A DNA stretch of 21,287 bases from Chiloscyllium plagiosum (taxonomy: Eukaryota), in the NCBI RefSeq assembly GCF_004010195.1, contig NC_057719.1:2799317-2820603 (forward strand), written 5' to 3'. The position numbers were made by a program, and so were the translations under genes. The notes beneath the pieces were generated by a model. The model was not told where the DNA came from. It was given only the letters and a program-made list of their open reading frames with translations, and searched no databases. This document shows, in pieces, positions 9,777 through 19,260 of this stretch (its first letter is position 1; each line of letters starts with the position of its first letter).

Positions 9777-10310
9777 GTTCCAAAATAAATATTTCTGATT
9801 AAATCCTTCTTCTGTATTACCAAGTAACACATCCACTGTTCATTGAGATATCTTTTCTGTTTCCCTCAGCCTTTGCATTGAGCCAGTTCTTATCATCGGT
9901 GACTTCAACCTCCATCTTTACTTAGCCTTGTGTTTACTGCCTCCCTCTCCCTTTTAAATGTGTTCCTCCACATAAATCCTCCTACTCATATTCAGCTGTC
10001 CAAAGTCTTATCACCTCATGTGCCCGCTTGTATCATTTTAATTATTGACAAGGTAATCTTTCTTACAACAATAATTTGCTTCTATCAATCTCTGCAGACA
10101 TTTTAAAAGAATTGTGCTCCTCAATTTGTGAATTTAAAAATTCCGGACTATCCACTGGCCTATAAACACTTCAGCAACTATCAATTTGCTAAACAACAGC
10201 CTCTCTAGCAACATTGGCCCCAGTCGAATAATACCCACATTGTTGGCCCCAGTATACCTTAATTTCTACTCCCCCAACAGATTTCAACAATTTTGGCTAA
10301 CACTGTTTTA
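9777..10310 (+). mobile_element. Highly degraded LINE (L2-like) endonuclease remnant; probably continues left of the LTR (~9061-9148)
   Basis: CTTATCATCGGTGACTTCAACCTCCAT translates to LIIGDFNLH at ~9890-9916, followed by a PTH motif at ~9980. Boundaries are uncertain. Confidence 0.5.
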
Positions 10311-10327
10311 AAAATCAACAATCTAGA

Positions 10328-11590
10328 TAGAGAATCGAATCACAAAATTGTTGAAGTGCAGAGGCCATTTGGTCCACAATATCTGCACTGGCTTCCAATG
10401 AGGATTATCAATTAGTGCCGTTCGCTTGCTTTTCCCCATAACCTTGCATATTACTTGAATAGAAACATCATCCAGAATACCTCAGTTAGCTCTGCCTTTA
10501 ACATACTTCTCGGCAGTGCATTTCAGTTCTGAACTATCTGACATGTTAACAAATGTTTTCTCACATCACATGTGCTACGTTTGCATATCACAATATGTGC
10601 CCTCTCACCTGGATCTCATCAGGCAGGAACAGTTTCTCCCTATCCAGATCTTTCATGATTTTGACTTTTGTTTTGATCAGAACTCCTCTTCAAGAACACT
10701 CCTAACCTCTCTAATATATCCTCCATAACTGAAGTTTCTCAACCTCAGAACCATTTTTGTGCAGGTAGTTCTTGTATAAAATGTGTTTTGGCAGCACTAT
10801 TTGGCTGTACCGTCACTAAAGAATTAGGAACGGTATTTTCAAAAATGCTTACCGCTGATCACAATAGTGCAATTTCAGTGGTGATTGTTTTGCATTCTTC
10901 GTTCTGCGCATATGCCTATGTCCCTGCGCATGCACTGCTATCAGTTGCCGTCAGAGCATGTGAGAGGTACAGTACTAGACATTGAGCAGCATCTCAAAAA
11001 TTAAACTAGTAAATGTTCACTGCTCTCCCTCTGAAACAAGAATATTATTGTATAATTCCTGTATAATTCATGCAGGACTACATTACTCTTATGACAATGT
11101 AGAACACAGCAGAGTAGCAGTTTGTTCAGTAAGAAATCATCTGGCACCCTATGAACAGCTTCTTCAAGACAGAAGAAAAAGGGGAAAGCAGCAAAAACAG
11201 GATGCCTTTTTTAAACCTACTCTCAAGAAACAGTCAAAGACAATCAACGACAGCCACCACTTCAGCAACCATAACTGCACCTGAAGGTGGTGATGATGAT
11301 GACCCTCTATCCCTGCATTAACAATATTTTTTCAATGCAATGTGTTAAATTTACTTTTGTTTCATTAATAAATATGATTCAAACCTTCATTCAGGCTATG
11401 CTATACTTTTTGTTAGGCTTTTGGGTGATTTTTGAATGATCGTTAGTGATATTTTTTGCTGGTCTGCCCCAACTTCACTTTTCCCATAGGCCCCATTATT
11501 TCTATTGAGGGATTTTCTATTAAGCAAGGTGTTGCTGAAATGCAACTACAGCATTACATAACTACCTGCAAATCTCTTCTGCAAACTCTG
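10328..11590 (-). mobile_element. Old CR1 3'-end fragment (10328-10761 and 11569-11590), interrupted by a DNA transposon
   Basis: Antisense CR1 tail features AGAATC...GAGGCCATTTGGTCC. The sequence CCATTTTTGT|AAATCTCTTCTGCA (reverse complement of QKRFTKM) is split by 10762-11568. Confidence 0.6.
10762..11568 (+). mobile_element. Non-autonomous Tigger/pogo-like (Tc1-mariner) DNA transposon derivative
   Basis: TIR CAGGTAGTT at 10762-10770 and AACTACCTG at 11560-11568, inserted at a host TA position. The internal peptide NVEHSRVAVCSVRNHLAPYEQLLQDRRKRGKQQKQDAFFKP resembles the Tigger transposase C-terminus (KQ..LD.FFK). Confidence 0.68.
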
Positions 11591-11593
11591 ATT

Positions 11594-12045
11594 TAATTTG
11601 ATTTATTGTAGACACACGTACCTAACTACAGTGAAAGGCTTTGTTTTGTAAGGAGTACAGCGGATCATTGCTAACAAGGACATACAGATCATGTGGTGCT
11701 TAAACATGGCAAGGCATACAGGTTACAATGCACAGGAAGTATGCAAAGCAAGATCAACATTATTTGAAGTTCAAGAATCCATTCACCAGCCTAATGACGG
11801 CAGGAAAGAAGCTGCTCTTGAATGTGTTGGTGTATCTTCAAGTTTCTGCATCTTCTGCCTGATGAAGAGCTTGTAGGATAGCATTTCCAGGCTGAAATGG
11901 GTCTTTGATGATGTTGGTAGCCTTTCCTTAGCAGTAAGTGTAAATGGAATCCATGGATGGGAAGTTAACTTCCATGATGGTCTAGGATGTGCACACAACC
12001 TTTGTAGTTTATGGTACTGGACAGAGAAGTTGCCATATCAGACCG
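11594..12045 (-). mobile_element. Rex1/Babar-type LINE 3' end, degraded
   Basis: The antisense of AAGAAGCTGCTCTTGAA...CTTCTGCCTGATGAAGA gives S(S)GRRCRNLK...HIQEQLLS, resembling the LPSGRRYR..TTR.KNSFFP C-terminus. AATAAATCAAATTAA-type 3' end at ~11594-11607. Confidence 0.55.
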
Positions 12046-12049
12046 GTAC

Positions 12050-12560
12050 ACACGTGGAGAGTATCTCCAATACGTTCACATTTTTCCTACAGTATGACAC
12101 CCAGAATTGTATACAATACTCTAACTGAGGTCTAGCAAGTGTCTTGCTTTTGTACTCTCTGCTTCTATCAATAAAGCCCAGAATACTGTATGCTTTATTA
12201 ACTGCTCTATTTATCCAGTTGCCTTCAATAATCATTGCAAGCAGACAGCCAAGTTGCTCTGCTGCTGCACAATTAAGCACGGTAACTCCTGATGTGTATT
12301 GATTACCCATGTTCTTCCTTCCAAAATGCATCACCTCACACTTCCCTGCATTGAACTTCATTTGCCATCCATGCGCCCAATCCATCAACGTATCTGTACA
12401 CTTTTGAAGATCAGCATCATCTCCCTCACAATTTACAATGCATTCAAGTTTCATATCATCTGCAAACCTTGAAACTATCCCTTGCGATACCAAGATGTAG
12501 ATGATTAATATACATCAGAAAAAGAAAGGATCTGAATTCTAACCTGTGGGGAACATTAGA
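12050..12560 (-). mobile_element. Old CR1 RT fragment
   Basis: ORF 12038..12493 contains SRFADDMKL, WQMKFNAGKCEVMHFG and RPQLEYCIQFW. Confidence 0.85.
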
Positions 12561-12735
12561 TTAGAGTTCTGATCCTTGGTTTTCCTAATGTATACTCAAT
12601 TACAAACTTCACCACAAACATTCCTCCAGATCGAAAAATACCAATTGATCATTATACGATATGTCAGCACTTGGAAAGAATTGATGAATCAGGATATTTT
12701 TGAAGAGGCATCCAGCAGTGCTGATATTGGTAATG

Positions 12736-12939
12736 GGAGAAAGTGAGGACTGCAAATGCTGGAGACCAGTGTCGTGAGTGTGGTGCTGGAAAAGCATTGC
12801 AGGTCAGGGAGTATCCGAGGGGCATGAGAATCGACATTTCGGGCATAAGCCCTTCATCAGGAATATTTGAAACGTCAATTCTCCTGCTCCTCCGATGTTG
12901 CCTGACATGCTGTGCTTTTCTAGCAACACACTCTCCTCT
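12736..12939 (-). mobile_element. Penelope-like palindromic mini-element (family 2) with hammerhead motif and 15-bp TSD
   Basis: 12775-12840 is an inverted match to 12869-12934. A tail at 12736-~12774 is present on one side only. TSD CTGATWTTGGTAATG at 12721-12735 and 12940-12954. Confidence 0.78.
12829..12864 (-). ncRNA. Minimal type-I hammerhead ribozyme motif (family 2)
   Basis: The minus strand reads AUUC CUGAUGA A GGGC UUAU GCCC GAAA UG UC GAUU, with a GUC cleavage triplet. The opposite arm keeps the palindromic stem III as GAAACGTC at 12869-12876. Confidence 0.7.
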
Positions 12940-13216
12940 CTGATTTTGGTAATGTACTTGCAATGGTTTCAATGGATTTTAGCAAGACATCGGAAAGGCT
13001 CCAACATGCAGACTTCAAGAAAGTTAAGAACCAGTGGGATCTAAGGCAAAGTGTCATGTTGAATCCAAACCAGCTTATGCAGGAAGCAGAGGATGATGGT
13101 AGAGGCATGTTTCTGTGACCAGAAATCAGTTCCAGTGGGGTTCCACAGGGCCCATTACTGAGGTCCTTACTGTTTGTGGTCTACTATGATGATATGGACA
13201 GAAATGTAGGGATATG

Positions 13217-13521
13217 ATTAGATTAGATTACTTACTTACTTACAGTGTGGAAACAGGCCCTTCGGCGCAACAAGTCCACACCGACCCGCCGAAACGCAAA
13301 CCACCCAGACCCAATCCCCTACATTTACCCCTACGGGCAATTTACCATGGCCAATTCACCTAACCTGCACCTTTTTGAACTGTGGGAGGAAACTGGTGCA
13401 CCCGGAGGAAACCCATGCAGACACGGGGGGAATGTGCAAACTCCACACAGTTGCCTGAGGTGGGAATTGAACCCAGGTCTCTGGCACTGTGAGGCAGCAG
13501 TGCTAACCACTGTGCCGCCCA
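13217..13521 (-). mobile_element. HE1-type V-SINE (tRNA head, V domain, CR1-like tail)
   Basis: The minus strand reads GGCGGCACAGTGGTTAGCACTGCTGCCTCACAG, B-box GGTTCAATTCC, V-domain TGTGTGGAGTTTGCACATT...GGGTTTCCTCCGGGTGC, and a (GTAA)n(TCTAA)n tail. Confidence 0.92.
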
Positions 13522-13856
13522 CTTAAGAAGTTTTGGATGACACAGTAATTGGTAGAGTGGCAAAGTGTTAGAAGATAGTTGTAAACTGGAGAAGGATGTT
13601 AATGGACTGGTCAGGTGGGCAAAGCAATGGCAAATGAAATTCAATCTAGAAAAATGAGACAATGCACTTGGATAGGGCTAACAAAGAAAAAGGTTACACA
13701 ATATAAATGGTAGGACCCTGGAAAGTCCTCAGGATCAGAGGAACTTTGCCGTGCATATCCTTAGAATCCTGAATGTACTAGAGCTGGTAGATAAGAAGGC
13801 AAGGCATATGGGGTATGCCCTAATTAGCCAAAGCATAGAATACAAGAACAGTTAAT

Positions 13857-15681
13857 AGAACATAGAACAATACAGCACAGAACAGGCCCTTCGGCCCACG
13901 ATGTTGTGCCGAACTTCTAACCTAGATTAAGTACCCATCCATGTACCTATCCAAATGCCGCTTAAAGGTCGCCAATGATTCCGACTCTACCACTCCAACG
14001 GGCAGCGGATTCCATGCCCCCACCACTCTCTGGGTAAAGAACCTACCCCTGACATCTCCCCTATACCTTCCACCCTCCACCTTAAATCTATGTCCCCTTG
14101 TAACACTCTGTTGTACCCGGGGAAAAAGTTTCTGACTGTCTACTCTATCGATTCCTCTGATCATCTTATAAACCTCTATCAAGTCACCCCTCATCCTTCG
14201 CCGTTCCAACGAGAAAAGGCCGAGAACTCTCAACCTATCCTCGTACGACTTCCTCTCCATTCCAGGCAACATCCTGGTAAATCTTCTCTGCACCCTCTAC
14301 AAAGCTTCCACATCTTTCCTAAAGTGAGGCGACCAGAACTGCACACAGTACTCCAACTGTGGCCTAACCAAAGTCCTGTACAGCTGCAACATCACTTCAC
14401 GACTCTTGAATTCAATCCCTCTGCTAATGAACGATAATACTCCATAGGCCTTCTTACAAACTCTATCCACCTGAGTGGCAACCTTCAAAGATCTATGTAC
14501 ATAGACCCCAAGATCACTCTGTTCCTCCACCTGACTAAGAACCCTACCATTAACCCTGTATTCCGCATTCTTATTTGTTCTTCCAAAATGGACAACCTCA
14601 CACTTGGCAGGGTTGAACTCCATCTGCCACTCCTCAGCCCAGCTCTGCATCATATCTAAGTCCCTCTGCAGCCGACAACAGCCCTCCTCACTGTCCACAA
14701 CTCCACCGATCTTCGTATCATCTGCAAATTTACTGACCCACCCTTCGACTCCCTCATCTAAGTCATTAATAAAAATTACAAACAGCAGAGGACCCAGAAC
14801 TGATCCCTGCGGAACTCCACTTGTAACTGGGCTCCAGGCTGAATATCTGCCATCTACCACCACTCTCTGCCTTCGACCGGTTAGCCAGTTTTCTATCCAA
14901 TTGGCCAAATTTCCCTCTATCCCATGCCTCCTGACTTTCCACATAAGCCTACCATGGGGAACCTTATCAAATGCCTTACTAAAATCCATGTACACTACAT
15001 CCACTGCTCTACCCTCATCCACATGCTTAGTCACCTCCTCAAANNNNNNNNNNNNNNNNNNNNNNNNNNNNNNNNNNNNNNNNNNNNNNNNNNNNNNNNN
15101 NNNNNNNNNNNNNNNNNNNNNNNNNNNNNNNNNNNNNNNNNNNNNNNNNNNNNTTCACACTCTCCTCTTTTACAATACGGTCCCACTCGTTCGTAGATAC
15201 TGAAGAGAAGTACTTGTTCAAGACCTCTCCTATCTCTTCCGACTCAATACACAGTCTCCCACTACTGTCCTTGATCGGACCTACCCTCGTTCTCGTCATT
15301 CTCAGGTTTCTCACATACGCATAAAATGCCTTGGGGTTATCCTTGATCCTATCCGCCAACGATTTTTCATGCCCTCTCTTAGCTCTCCTAATCCCTTTCT
15401 TCAGGTCCCTTCTGGCTATCCTGTATCCCTCCACTGCTCTGTCTGAATCCTGTTTCCTCAACCTTATGTAAGCCGCCTTCTTCCTCTTTACCAGACATTC
15501 AACCTCTCTCGTCAACCAAGGCTCCCTCACACGACCATTTCTTTCCTGCCTGATAGGTTCATACATATCATGGACAAGTCGTATCTGCTCTTTGAAAAAG
15601 TTCCACATTTCCACCACATCCTTCCCTGACAGCCTATGCTCCCAACGTATGCTCCTCAAATCCTGCCTTACAGCATCGTAA
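13857..15681 (-). mobile_element. Young 5'-truncated CR1 LINE (ORF2 C-terminal part), TSD TTAAT, internal assembly gap
   Basis: ORFs 15039..15659, 14297..15034 (GVPQGSVLGP, FADDT) and 13922..14293; the last two are separated by a single in-frame TAG. Tail (GTTCTAT)n. TTAAT at 13852-13856 and 15682-15686. Confidence 0.95.
15044..15153. other. Assembly gap (110 N)
   Basis: Run of N. Confidence 1.
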
Positions 15682-16199
15682 TTAATCTGTAACTGTATAA
15701 AATGCGGGCTAGTTCACAGCTGGACTACTGCTTCCCACTGAGTAAAAAGAATGCACTTGTTCTGTATAGGGTGCAGAGGAGATTTACCAAGATTCTTCCC
15801 GGGTAGATATGGTTAGGTTGCTTCCCTTTGTGCAGAGCCAGAGACCAGAGGGCATTATCACTATCGCATGATATAATGATCACTGTCTCAGGGTAAGGGG
15901 TTATTCACTGAAAACAGAGATGGGGGGAGGAATTTCTTCTCAGATGGTAGTGCATCTGTGGAATTCTTTACTAAAAAGATCTGGTGGGGCACAGTCGAAG
16001 CTGAGAGACAGTTTTTAAATCAGCAAGAAAATCAAAGAATATGGGGTAAAGACAAGTGGGGTTGAGGAGATTATTAGTTCAGTCAAAATCTCACTGAGCA
16101 TCAGAGCAGTCTCAACAGACTGAATGGCCTAATTCTGCTGCTACCTCTTCTGCAATTGAGAGTCTTTCCCTTTTGAGAGAAGATACCTTGACTATTCCT

Positions 16200-16920
16200 G
16201 AACCACCTTCTCTTTGCTGGTAGCCCTTTGTTAAACCAGTTTTTTTTCCATTAACCTTTTGTTTCAGTCTTTCTGGCTATTCTTGTTCCACTGCAGTCAA
16301 GTCTCCTTAGTTGATTATTCTTACTCTGAATTGTCTGTTGTTCTTTTTGATTGTAATCCTATATCTTATGATATAATGATCATTATCGCTGAAATATTCC
16401 CACTTCCAAACACTGAATTTACTTGGCCACCTCATTTCCAAGAACCAGATCCAAAAGTGCTTCTTGTTTGATTGGACTCAACGCATACTGCGTTAGGAAT
16501 TTTTCCTGAACACAATCTAGTAACATTTGTTCCACTCTACCTTTAATGCTACCACAGTCCCAGTCTACATTCAGTTAGAGTCTCCAATTATAACTTATCT
16601 ATAATAATCGCCACTAATTTCCTCTACAACATTGCCACTAATTGGTGGTCTACAGACAATGCCACACAACTTTCGTCCGTTTTTGTTTCCTTAGCTCTAG
16701 CTAGACCAATTCTGTGCTTCAATCCGGCAGGACATTATTCTCCAGCATTGCAATGCTTTCCTTAACCAAGACCGCTCCCCTTCTTCCTTTTCAATCTTTT
16801 CTGAACACCTTATATCAAGGAATGTTTTCCACCAAATCCTGCCCTTCCTCGAGCTAGGCCTCCATTATCACAGCATCACACTTTCACATGCTAATCTAGG
16901 ACTGCAATTCCCTAGCCTTG
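16200..16920 (-). mobile_element. Degraded CR1 endonuclease fragment
   Basis: The antisense reads include VYRPPISG, QENS.TQYALSPIKQEALLDLVLGNEVAK and SDNDHYII. Confidence 0.7.
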
Positions 16921-17396
16921 TTTATTATTTTATTTACTACTGAGAACTTAAAACATTATAGGGTAGTACTTTCTACCTCTAGAACTGCTCAATATTTAAT
17001 GATCATCCATGTAAGATAATCCCTATCACCTTCACTGCCAATAATAAATGCAAAGACGGTCATAATAATCAAAACCTTTCAGTTACCTGTCTGCTTTTTT
17101 CACAGCCCTTAAGGTCAAGCTTCCTGGAAAATAAAATGTTCTCATCCTTAAACTAATATCTTGACATGGATTCCATTCTGTCTCATGCAAGATCTCCTGC
17201 AATGTTCATTAGATTCACCTTCTGCTCACACAAATCTAGTCTAATGGATCTGTTCATCACTCAATCTCCCTAGCATCTTATAATTAGAGATAATGTTACC
17301 ATTTACTTAAAAGAAATCTACTCTTGCTTCCTCTATACTGATAAACTACCACTCAATTCCAATCTCAATTTCCTTCCAAAGTTCTTAAATGCTTGG

Positions 17397-17830
17397 TGAT
17401 CATGCTGACAGTTTAAAAAGACTATTTTGTCCTGGGTTTTTTTGAAGAGAAGTTGTAAAGGCAGAGGTATTGAACTGCCTACTGGAGACTGCCTGGAGAC
17501 TGCCAAAGTAAACAACTTAAGAGGCCTTTAGGTCTTTTTTATAAGAGAAGTTGGAGTAATGGAAGCAGCTTGAGTGGAAGCGGCCAGTTCACACAGATGC
17601 GGCTTTTGAGTTTTTTTTAGCTAAAGCATCAAAAGCTATTTGAGAACCCAGAAGAGTTGGAAGCGTCAGTGAATGATTCCGAGCTGCTACTTTCACTGAA
17701 ATTTCTCAATGTTATTTTCTTCTGGATTGGAGAACTGCGTGTGTTTATGAGATGTTACTATGTTAGAACAGTTGATTAGTAACAGGTACTGTATCTATTA
17801 TTCAGTTAAGTTTTCCAATAGTTATTATAA
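17397..17830 (+). mobile_element. Possible truncated LTR fragment
   Basis: Shares short motifs (GTAAACA, GAGGCCTTT) and overall composition with the 9153-9772 LTR. No TSD or CA end was found. Confidence 0.3.
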
Positions 17831-18924
17831 ATTCAGAGTGAGACTAAGTCTGCGAGCCTGTCAAATGCAGATTATCTAAACCCCATTTCTGGCAGATTCC
17901 ATTACTGCTGCCATGGGATTAGGGGTGAAATATGGTTCAAATAGATGGGAAAATCCCTACTCAGTATGAACATTTAAACATTTTAACAGCCATAACTTGG
18001 AAAATGCGAATCTCACAGTGGAAGTCTAAATGCCTTTTTATTGGGGGGGGGCATTTTATTCTATTAATCATGTTTAAACTTGCCTTAAAGCTAGATTTTA
18101 ATTAATGCAGCCAGAACTTCAGTGTTTACAGTAGTGACAGACTATAGAACCTACAGAAGAAAAAGGGAAGATCCATGTGGCTCCTCTGAATTCTGCACCG
18201 ATGCAGGCAGCCAAGTAGGTAATAGATTATATTACCTAGCTCACATGAAGACCTTTCTGGTATAAAAGAAGGCTACTTAAAAAAAGAGATAAAGCACTGT
18301 CTACTTGTGAACAATAGAGATAGGACAGGAGCAGGTGCATTCAGCAGGAGCCGTAGTCAGATAGCAGAAATTACCAGAAGAAAGGAGAAGATTTATCTTG
18401 AGAGCAGAATACATCAATAAAAATATAAGCTACATCAACATGTGATAGTGCAGAAATGCAATGAATGAGGAGAGAACTGTCTATCCACATAGAAGAAAAG
18501 CAGATGAGCTCAGGTCCACATGACAGACAATCTGCATCACTGAGAAAAACAAGTGAGGTGAGAACAACACAGCAAGGCTTAAGGTATATGTACATGTGTT
18601 GTGGTGATGTTGATGGGTGGGTGGGGGAGGAGGAGGAGGAAGAGGAAGAAAGGGGCATAAAACTGATCACAGTAAGAGCAAGATCAAACCAATCAGAGCA
18701 GCAGCTACCCAAAGAAAGACACTGCCAGATTTGACAATGTCAACAAAAATGATGTCAGCACAAAGCACAGAGCAGATTGATAGGTACTAAGTCTTTTCCT
18801 CCACTATAAAGCTATATGAAGGAAAGGTTAAAAGTGCTCAATTCGTTTTTTAAAATAAATATTAACCATTGTCTCCTTGACTTAAATTTAGGATAAGAGA
18901 ATTGAACTAAAGGCATTACCAGGT

Positions 18925-19258
18925 GGGTGCTGGGAAGGAAACTGCTTAAATACTTACCTTCGAAGGCCACAGCCCTTTTCCTATCCAGGAGCAGCGGGAG
19001 GCACAGCAGAGGTGACGTGGAAACCAGGAGGGTCCTGATAAGGTAAGGACTTAGGATATATTTCGGCAGGGTTTAGACCCAAGGAACTACACATCTCGTA
19101 TCTCCCTCCCGCCTCCCTCTCCTCTAACCAGAAAAAAAAGACTCTAAGGTAAACTTTTTATCTTTCCTTTTTATTTCTTTTTCATATATTTAAGTGCATT
19201 GTTTGGTTTTAGTTAGTTAATATAATGCTAAGCTTACAATGGCAGGGGACCTCAGACT
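18925..19258 (+). mobile_element. 5'UTR and first codons (MAGDLR) of another CR1 family, cut off by the element starting at 19261
   Basis: Colinear with the 5'UTR at 2521-2691: GATATATT.CGG...ACTACAC...CTAACCA, A-run, AAGGTAA, T-rich tract, then ATG at 19239. Confidence 0.6.
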
Positions 19259-19260
19259 TT

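Larger units (their letters stand above)
12660..16148 (+). mobile_element. Old CR1 3' half, split by three nested insertions (12736-12939, 13217-13521, 13857-15681)
   Basis: FEEASSSAD..MDFSK, SGVPQGP.L, WQMKFNLEK and IEYKNS|..LYK. The 3' end CTGAATGGCCTAATTCTGCT lies at ~16120-16140. Confidence 0.75.

Noticed and set aside
11859..11870. CCTGATGAAG, a possible hammerhead core
   Set aside because: There is no stem II or GAAA downstream. It is the antisense of the (P)SGR codons of the Rex-Babar-type remnant.
13445..13521. tRNA gene
   Set aside because: It is the tRNA-derived head of the SINE, followed by the V domain, with no complete cloverleaf.
14604..15203. Antisense ORFs over CR1 ORF2 (also 3793..4257)
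   Set aside because: These are shadow frames of LINE coding sequence with no independent evidence.
18371..18734. ORFs with poly-E or poly-S
   Set aside because: They come from a low-complexity GAG repeat, with no recognisable domain or credible splice structure.
18950..19249. U1 snRNA pseudogene (ATACTTACCT at 18950; CTTACAATGGCAGGGGA at ~19233-19249)
   Set aside because: The matches are only ~10 nt and do not extend into the U1 body. They are better explained as an antisense splice donor and the ORF1 start MAGD.
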